Sequence record: ON568341.1
Direction: 5' to 3' (one strand)
Length of the DNA stretch: 64,000 nt
Source: Escherichia phage UE-S1
Every line of letters starts with the position of its first letter. Within the stretch, counting starts at the first letter, position 1. The notes beneath the pieces are model-generated. The model saw only the letters and a list, made by a program, of their open reading frames with translations. It did not search any database and was not told the DNA's origin. The translations under genes were made by a program, and so were the position numbers. Shown here piece by piece: positions 57,594-64,000 of this stretch.

Positions 57594-60293
57594 ATGATGT
57601 CAAAGAAAATATATGGTGGATTAGATGTCACACATAATGTGACAGTTAATGGAAAAAGAACAATACAAGGTATTAACAAACAAGTGTTTGACGAAAATGG
57701 TAATATGGTGTTGGATACATATTCAAAAAATGAAATGAATGATATCATTGGTATGTTACCAATTTCACATTATGGTTCCATGAACTATCTACCTGCTGGG
57801 GTCGGTGGGGATTTCAATGGTGCATCAGAAAATCAGGCATATCGCAGGAATAAGGTATTATTGGAAAATGATGGAACACTCGTTCTTTTGCGTAGTGGTA
57901 CAAACGGTAGTGTTGAAGGTTTATATTATTCTTATTTGTCTAATGCATTAGCAGTTACTGATATGAGTCGTACAATTAACACAAGTCGTCAATACAAACC
58001 AGGATTCTTCGGTCCAAATCGTGTTGCACTTGGTTTATTTAACACTGATCAAAATATTATAATGGGGAGATATAAAGATATTTCAAACAACACAATTGGT
58101 ACATTCATTTCTATTACTAATGGTACACTTAATGATACATTACACACAGGTTTTTTTGTAAATCAAACTGATATATCACCTGAAGGTGGTGTTGAATATG
58201 CTATGATGGCAGAAGACGGTTCAATATATGTTTTTAATGTAATTAATGAAAATAATAAATTTGAAATAGCCATTGTTAAAGTTGTATTTAATGTGGATAA
58301 TGGTTCTTACACAGCAACCCGCATCACAGGGTGGACTACAAAAACATTTTATAATACTACTTATTCTGGGCAAAATAATATTGTGATAACTAATGCAATG
58401 ACGTCAACTAATATTGCGGATAAGCCTTATGTATTTGTTCCTCCGAATTTGTATGGTATGGGGATTTATATGACATCTATTGATTTATATGTTGCACAAC
58501 AACCAGGAACACAAAATTTTCGTTTCAGGATGAATGGTGACGCTTATTTCGCCATGCCAACATATAGTTCGCGTCCACAACACAATTATAGTTTCACGTT
58601 CGATATGAACTCAAAGCAATGTACATTAGATGCAGGTAACGATATTGGCTCCTTCCAAGCACCGTTGGTTATAACAAATACAGGTTCTGACTTAGTTGCA
58701 TCTGGTAATGTGTTGAATTTAGACCCACTATATGACCACAATGGATATAGAAACATTTATAGTTCATATTTTTATTTAAATTCTGGTGACGTGTTTTGTA
58801 CTGCATGTCCAAACTTAGCAGAGCCACTCGCTATGCAAAAAGCAAAGTTTCCTGTGCAAATAGTATATAACATGTTAAATGTTCGTGCTGTTATATCATC
58901 AAACTTCATAGGTGGTATCGTCCGACCATCATTTGGTTCAGCGGTTGGTTCATATATTAATGGCGTTGAACTACTTCCAGATAACAGTACTAAACAATAT
59001 TCACGAGCATCTGGTTCAGGTGGTTTTAGTCCGTCATATGCAGTTCATAAAAGTACTCCGAATTTTACATTTCAATCGTTATCATTGGGAACAATTCAAG
59101 GTTATGAACCCACCACTGAGCGTAAAAATGTAAGTGAAAATAACAACAATAGAATTTTCATTAGTACTGTGTCTGGGTCAACAGTTACAACTAATGGTGG
59201 TATTTTTATGGTCGGACAACGTTATTCACAATCACTGTCTTTTGATAAAAACTTAAATGGTACAGGTAGTATTAGTGTTTCGCAATCAGTTCTTGATGGG
59301 TTCAGAGACTCTGAATATGCTAAAGTTTTAAGTGATTGGAATTTATCTCCGCAAGCGGGTAAAGATATGACATTGTTTGTACCGCAACAAGCGGATATTC
59401 CAGCATTTGTCATGCTCAGTACAATAACTAATGATTTTAAAAACTACATTAGAATTGCTGAAGTTAATGTAAACACCAGAGTAGGTGAAATCAAATCGAT
59501 AACATTCAAGCGTTTAGTTCTTGAAAATAGATATGGTGATAGTTTCACACCGAATGTTGGCGGTTATATTGCACCATCATCTGTTGGTTTAACAATTTAT
59601 GATGGTGGTTCTTTTTATTTCATTGGCGGTTCAGATCCATTAACACATCCAACAATTGGTAATACAGCAACACACATATTTCGTGCATACGTAAACAAAT
59701 CATCTGCACAATTTGAGAGTTTTATTATTGATGGTATCCATGCGTACTATAATCAAGGCCGTCAATTCACTGCATTACCTGATATTGGATTTGGATATTT
59801 TGATACAATAGACTATGATAACAAAATGATTTTCCGCAAATGTGGAACTACTATTGAAGAATATAATAACTGGAAAGAACAAGGTAATCCAATCAACGTT
59901 GTTTCACAAGATGTTGCACAAGGATTTGTTGTTTATTTTACAGAAGAAACTCCAGTTATTCTTTCTGGTAAATCATTTACCTTACCAGTGTCAAATATTG
60001 ATTTAAGAACAATAAAGCCAAACCCAGCCAATACAACATTTCATGTATATGTTAAGTTAAAACAAGGATTAGTAACTTATCATATAACTACCGATGTTAT
60101 TTCAGAAACTGGGACAATTGCATATAATATATTGTGGATAGGAACAATTAGAACTAACGATATTCAAATTGTATCAATTGATATACAAAAACGTTCACGA
60201 TTGGATATTTTTGGTGCTTCACTTGAAGCGGCAGGGGTTTCGTTCCCAGTCAGCTACGGTCTACCATCACAAACAGGAACCATAAACTGGTAA
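57594..60293 (+). CDS. tail fibre-like protein A (paralog of 60911..63643)
   Basis: 899 aa; late-promoter motif upstream; Ser/Thr/Asn/Gly-rich; N-terminal, internal (VSQDVAQGF.VYFT) and C-terminal modules shared with the two downstream ORFs. Confidence 0.55.
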   Translation: MMSKKIYGGLDVTHNVTVNGKRTIQGINKQVFDENGNMVLDTYSKNEMNDIIGMLPISHYGSMNYLPAGVGGDFNGASENQAYRRNKVLLENDGTLVLLRSGTNGSVEGLYYSYLSNALAVTDMSRTINTSRQYKPGFFGPNRVALGLFNTDQNIIMGRYKDISNNTIGTFISITNGTLNDTLHTGFFVNQTDISPEGGVEYAMMAEDGSIYVFNVINENNKFEIAIVKVVFNVDNGSYTATRITGWTTKTFYNTTYSGQNNIVITNAMTSTNIADKPYVFVPPNLYGMGIYMTSIDLYVAQQPGTQNFRFRMNGDAYFAMPTYSSRPQHNYSFTFDMNSKQCTLDAGNDIGSFQAPLVITNTGSDLVASGNVLNLDPLYDHNGYRNIYSSYFYLNSGDVFCTACPNLAEPLAMQKAKFPVQIVYNMLNVRAVISSNFIGGIVRPSFGSAVGSYINGVELLPDNSTKQYSRASGSGGFSPSYAVHKSTPNFTFQSLSLGTIQGYEPTTERKNVSENNNNRIFISTVSGSTVTTNGGIFMVGQRYSQSLSFDKNLNGTGSISVSQSVLDGFRDSEYAKVLSDWNLSPQAGKDMTLFVPQQADIPAFVMLSTITNDFKNYIRIAEVNVNTRVGEIKSITFKRLVLENRYGDSFTPNVGGYIAPSSVGLTIYDGGSFYFIGGSDPLTHPTIGNTATHIFRAYVNKSSAQFESFIIDGIHAYYNQGRQFTALPDIGFGYFDTIDYDNKMIFRKCGTTIEEYNNWKEQGNPINVVSQDVAQGFVVYFTEETPVILSGKSFTLPVSNIDLRTIKPNPANTTFHVYVKLKQGLVTYHITTDVISETGTIAYNILWIGTIRTNDIQIVSIDIQKRSRLDIFGASLEAAGVSFPVSYGLPSQTGTINW

Positions 60294-60304
60294 AGGATTA
60301 TACA

Positions 60305-60892
60305 ATGGCATATAAAATAAGAGCAGATCTTAAAGCAATGGAACAGGTTACAGTACAAGGTAAAAGAACTGGACTTGGTGTGTTAGGTAATAATATGACG
60401 TATTATCCAACAAATTCAGATGGGGAATGTACTTTCCCATCTATTACAAAAGATGATATTGATTTTATTGTAAATGGTTTTCCCATTACACAATATGGTG
60501 AATTATATGATAATGAAAATCTAAATATTACATCATCTGGTAACAAACTTACATTTAATAGAGAGATACCATCATTTATTGGTGGTTATCTATACAAGTT
60601 TCCGGCAGTTTCTGTTTTTGCATCACCAGTTACATCGGGAACACAGACTCAATATGTATATGCAACATTGGTTCTAGGTGAACCAATTTATAAAGTATCT
60701 CCGATACAAATGCAAGAATCTGAAATTATAATGTTTATTGGTACTATTATTGTTGGAACAAGTGGTATTACAAATATAAACATCGATAAGGTGTCAAGAT
60801 TTAGTACGTTTAGACCTAACGTTACACAAAAAGGTTCGTCATTCCCAGTTAGTTCTGGAAAACCATCCGAAACCGGTTCGATTAGTTGGTAA
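60305..60892 (+). CDS. short tail fibre-like protein B (shares C-terminal module)
   Basis: 195 aa; C-terminus KVSRFSTFRPNVTQKGSSFPVSSGKPSETGSISW parallels the C-termini of both flanking large ORFs. Confidence 0.5.
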   Translation: MAYKIRADLKAMEQVTVQGKRTGLGVLGNNMTYYPTNSDGECTFPSITKDDIDFIVNGFPITQYGELYDNENLNITSSGNKLTFNREIPSFIGGYLYKFPAVSVFASPVTSGTQTQYVYATLVLGEPIYKVSPIQMQESEIIMFIGTIIVGTSGITNINIDKVSRFSTFRPNVTQKGSSFPVSSGKPSETGSISW

Positions 60893-60910
60893 ATTAAGGA
60901 AAAGAAAAAA

Positions 60911-63643
60911 ATGTCATCAAAACGAATTATAGGAAGTGCTGAGATCCTTGGAAACTTAGCGATTGGTGGAAAATATGCAATGCGTACATTTAACGGAACT
61001 TCCCCCGATGCAAACACTGGAATAGTTAATTATCCAATATATAATAGGTCGGAAGTACAACGTATTTTAGACATGCTACCAATATCACGTATAGGAGAAA
61101 TGGATTATCTTCCATTAAACGTGAATGGCTCATATGAAGGGGCAACATCAAATTCAGATATATATCGCGTTCAACCGACTATCATTGAAGATGATGGAAC
61201 TGGTGTGGTATTACGTGCAGGTACTAATGGTAGTGAAAAAGGTTTCTATTATTCTTTCATACGAGATTTAAGAAATGTTTCTTCTTTAACTCAAGATATG
61301 GTCATTTCAACCACAAGTAAATATAAACCATCCATTCTCAGTGCTGGGGAAAGTGTTACTAGATTTATTGGTTCTAATGGGTATGAGCTTTTAGTTTCAT
61401 ATACATCGAACTTAAATTATATTTTTACGTTAACAAATGGTACATTCAATGAAACATCCCATATCCATGCTAAATTGGTTGGTACACAATTTAATACGGA
61501 TAAACCATTATATGCACATATAGTTGGGGCAAATATATTCATTTGGTGTAAAGATACAACAGTAACTAATGGTGGCATGGCATATACATTATACACCGTA
61601 TCAAAAAGTGATGTGATTAATGGCACGATGACATCTTTTGCTAAAGTTACAGGATTTTCTGGACAAACAGTTAGAAATACAAGCTATAGTTCATCAAACA
61701 ACATTCGTGTATTTGATAGTTATTTTTCCACAAATTCTGACTCGGACTCTCTATTTGTTATTAACAGTCCCGTGAATAGTGTAGAGTATATTGATTATAA
61801 TGACTATAATATCCAAGCGAATGCCAGTTCTGATAACTCTAGAATACGAGTTACTTTATATATAACACCACGTTTCAGTACACCATTGATTGTATCTCCT
61901 GTATTCGCAACAGGTATAAGTTTTGTTTATACTATTAGCTCAAAATCTATGTCATTGGACGGTAGTGCCAGAGCACCAGTTACAGTATCGTATACTAATA
62001 ATAAGTTTGTGGTTTCTAACCAGTTTGAAATTTCAATGAGTAATTTTACTGGTTCAAAGAACAGTTTATCTTCATTAGGTGATTGTGGCTCAATATGTCA
62101 AACAACAGATGGTCTAGTTTTCACTTCAAAATCCAGATGGGTTTCTGATGAGACATATGGCTTACAACTATATAAAGTTCAAGGTACACCATACGATAGT
62201 TGGGTTGCTAGTTCCCGTAAAGCAAGTGATTTAATAAACGTAAATGTTAAACCAACATACGGTTCGGCTGTAGGTGAAAACTTACTTGGTGTTAGATTCA
62301 TTGATACCAGAAAGATACTTCTTGCATGTTCAAGTACTAGCAATGGTGTAACTTATGGTTATGATAGTACTGTGTATTCTCAAATTGGGGAAAATCCAAC
62401 ACATACATATAATAGTGTTACTACTGGAAAATCTATAGAAGGGTTTGCACCTGAATCAGAACGTAAATATCTAGGTAATAGTTATGATTACAGTGCTATG
62501 ATTTCGTTAATCGCAGAAGACGGTACAGTAAGGTCTTATGGTTCATCATTTATTGAAGGAATTACCAAAGATGCAACTGGGTTACTAGATCCAGTTACAA
62601 TGACATTCTCTGGAAAATATACAATATCTGATGCTACTTTAATGGAGTTAAAACAATCTATCATTACTAGCTCTAAAATTTCTGGTACTAGTACTTCTAG
62701 AATATGCTTTTATTATGTACCTGACACTACATTCTCAAGATCTATGGCAGTCGTTTGTACATACAGCCCAACTAATAACCAAGGGTATGCTATTTTTGCT
62801 GAAGTTGATGTTGTACTTAGTGGTTCTGAAATCACAAGTGCATCAGTATATTCAACTAGATACGAAGTTGAAGATAATGTTTCTGGTATACAAAGCAATG
62901 CAATATTAAAGCGTTGCACGGGAATGACAGTTGCGAAATACACAGGGTTCAATTATCTTGGAATTGATACAATTCACCAGTTCACTGTACCTGGCGATGT
63001 TCATCAAAAAATGATGATAGCTAAAGTTAAAAATGGAGATATTAGTAGTAATCGTTATTTCACAACTTATCATGTTAATGCTAATAATAGCTTTGCTTTC
63101 CAACATGGTGCAATTCCCAATGTTGGGTTTGGGTATTATAACTTCAACATTTCAGATTTACAGACAAAAGCAGTTTTTTCTGTATTTGGTACAACTGAAG
63201 CACAAATGGATGGTTTGATTGCGGGGACTGGAGCAGTGCTGAATAATTATGTCATTGTGTCACAGGACGTTGCACAGGGTTTTAACGTATACTTCACTCG
63301 TGATGTACCAGTGTTTTTGGGTGGAATGTTTGACAGACTACCAGTTCAAAGTATAGATTTGAAAACTATTAAAACTAATCCTGCTAACAGTACTTTTTAT
63401 ATTTACATTCAAATGGATCGCAACACTGGAAAAGCGGCATACGTTATTAGTACTACCCTTCTCGATGAGACATTGACAAATGTTTATATTGGTAATATCA
63501 TCACTGGAAGTACAAGTATCACGTCGATTGATACTGAAAAGGTAACTCGCTTCTTGACCTACCGACCTAGTACCACAAAACGTGGGTCCGCAATACCTGC
63601 CAGTACTGGTGTACCATCTGGGCCTGGCTCCCGTTGGAAATAA
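60911..63643 (+). CDS. tail fibre-like protein C (paralog of 57594..60293)
   Basis: 910 aa; N-terminal MLPIS..G.M.YLP and internal VSQDVAQGFNVYFT..P..L......P.QSIDLKTIK.NPAN.TF segments shared with protein A. Confidence 0.55.
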   Translation: MSSKRIIGSAEILGNLAIGGKYAMRTFNGTSPDANTGIVNYPIYNRSEVQRILDMLPISRIGEMDYLPLNVNGSYEGATSNSDIYRVQPTIIEDDGTGVVLRAGTNGSEKGFYYSFIRDLRNVSSLTQDMVISTTSKYKPSILSAGESVTRFIGSNGYELLVSYTSNLNYIFTLTNGTFNETSHIHAKLVGTQFNTDKPLYAHIVGANIFIWCKDTTVTNGGMAYTLYTVSKSDVINGTMTSFAKVTGFSGQTVRNTSYSSSNNIRVFDSYFSTNSDSDSLFVINSPVNSVEYIDYNDYNIQANASSDNSRIRVTLYITPRFSTPLIVSPVFATGISFVYTISSKSMSLDGSARAPVTVSYTNNKFVVSNQFEISMSNFTGSKNSLSSLGDCGSICQTTDGLVFTSKSRWVSDETYGLQLYKVQGTPYDSWVASSRKASDLINVNVKPTYGSAVGENLLGVRFIDTRKILLACSSTSNGVTYGYDSTVYSQIGENPTHTYNSVTTGKSIEGFAPESERKYLGNSYDYSAMISLIAEDGTVRSYGSSFIEGITKDATGLLDPVTMTFSGKYTISDATLMELKQSIITSSKISGTSTSRICFYYVPDTTFSRSMAVVCTYSPTNNQGYAIFAEVDVVLSGSEITSASVYSTRYEVEDNVSGIQSNAILKRCTGMTVAKYTGFNYLGIDTIHQFTVPGDVHQKMMIAKVKNGDISSNRYFTTYHVNANNSFAFQHGAIPNVGFGYYNFNISDLQTKAVFSVFGTTEAQMDGLIAGTGAVLNNYVIVSQDVAQGFNVYFTRDVPVFLGGMFDRLPVQSIDLKTIKTNPANSTFYIYIQMDRNTGKAAYVISTTLLDETLTNVYIGNIITGSTSITSIDTEKVTRFLTYRPSTTKRGSAIPASTGVPSGPGSRWK

Positions 63644-63659
63644 TTTTAAAGCTCGTCTA

Positions 63660-63688
63660 TTGACGGGCTTTTCTTTTGTGTGTATAAT
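63660..63688 (+). promoter_or_regulatory. sigma70-like promoter candidate overlapping terminator hairpin
   Basis: TTGACG, 17-nt spacer, TATAAT; preceded by GCTCGTC..GACGGGC hairpin with T-run; 24 nt upstream of the AGGAGG-led ATG at 63712. Confidence 0.5.
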
Positions 63689-63711
63689 ACAAAGAAATAT
63701 AGGAGGAAATT

Positions 63712-64000
63712 ATGGTCAAATCATTACTACCACCACCAAAACGACATAAAATCAAAGAAATGAAAGAACAACGCACATTAAAGATGTACAACAACTTAGT
63801 TAAGTTACTTTGCAAAAGCCCATCACTCAAAGAAGTATTCACAACAGATGATGATCGTAATGCACTTATTGAGATGAAATATATGCTCAGTAAAATGTCC
63901 TTTTACAAATTTGTCAAAGAATACTCAACTGAACCATTCAGTCCTCGTTGGCGAGTCAAACCAAGAGAGTATTTTTTCGGTGGTTCATATACTGATATCA
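63712..64000 (+). CDS. hypothetical protein, 3'-truncated by window edge
   Basis: ATG at 63712 after AGGAGG; open to the end of the window (MVKSLLPPPKRHKIKEMKEQ...). Confidence 0.55.
   Translation, partial: MVKSLLPPPKRHKIKEMKEQRTLKMYNNLVKLLCKSPSLKEVFTTDDDRNALIEMKYMLSKMSFYKFVKEYSTEPFSPRWRVKPREYFFGGSYTDI

Overview
AT-rich bacteriophage genome segment (all calls are from reading the sequence and remembered protein motifs; no searches were run). Genes are almost all on the + strand, densely packed, with frequent ATGA/TAATG stop-start overlaps. Recognisable T4-type enzymes: RNA ligase 1 and polynucleotide kinase/phosphatase (tRNA repair pair), DNA ligase, dCMP deaminase, anaerobic ribonucleotide reductase NrdD with NrdG activase and a separate GrcA-like glycyl-radical protein, PIN-PhoH ATPase, ClpP-like and HslV-like peptidases, a Sir2-Nudix gene pair, a Dam-like methyltransferase, an NMNAT-like nucleotidyltransferase and two phosphoesterases. 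TATAAATA late-promoter motifs precede three paralogous tail-fibre-like genes and a convergent minus-strand Ig-like (Big_2) gene. The most unusual content is two large paralogous gene families: about 22 copies of a 160-195 aa protein with a C-terminal EExxFQxS(T/L)I motif (mostly tandem, 1-10.8 kb), and at least 17 copies of an 85-105 aa protein (17.9-31.1 kb). A roughly 0.7 kb GC-elevated non-coding island (14.47-15.14 kb) carries a perfect 55-bp tandem duplication. The content suggests a large T4-like myovirus, possibly jumbo-sized, but the taxon cannot be fixed from sequence alone. Start codons are approximate: the ORF track allows GTG/TTG, so several starts were moved to the first RBS-supported ATG.
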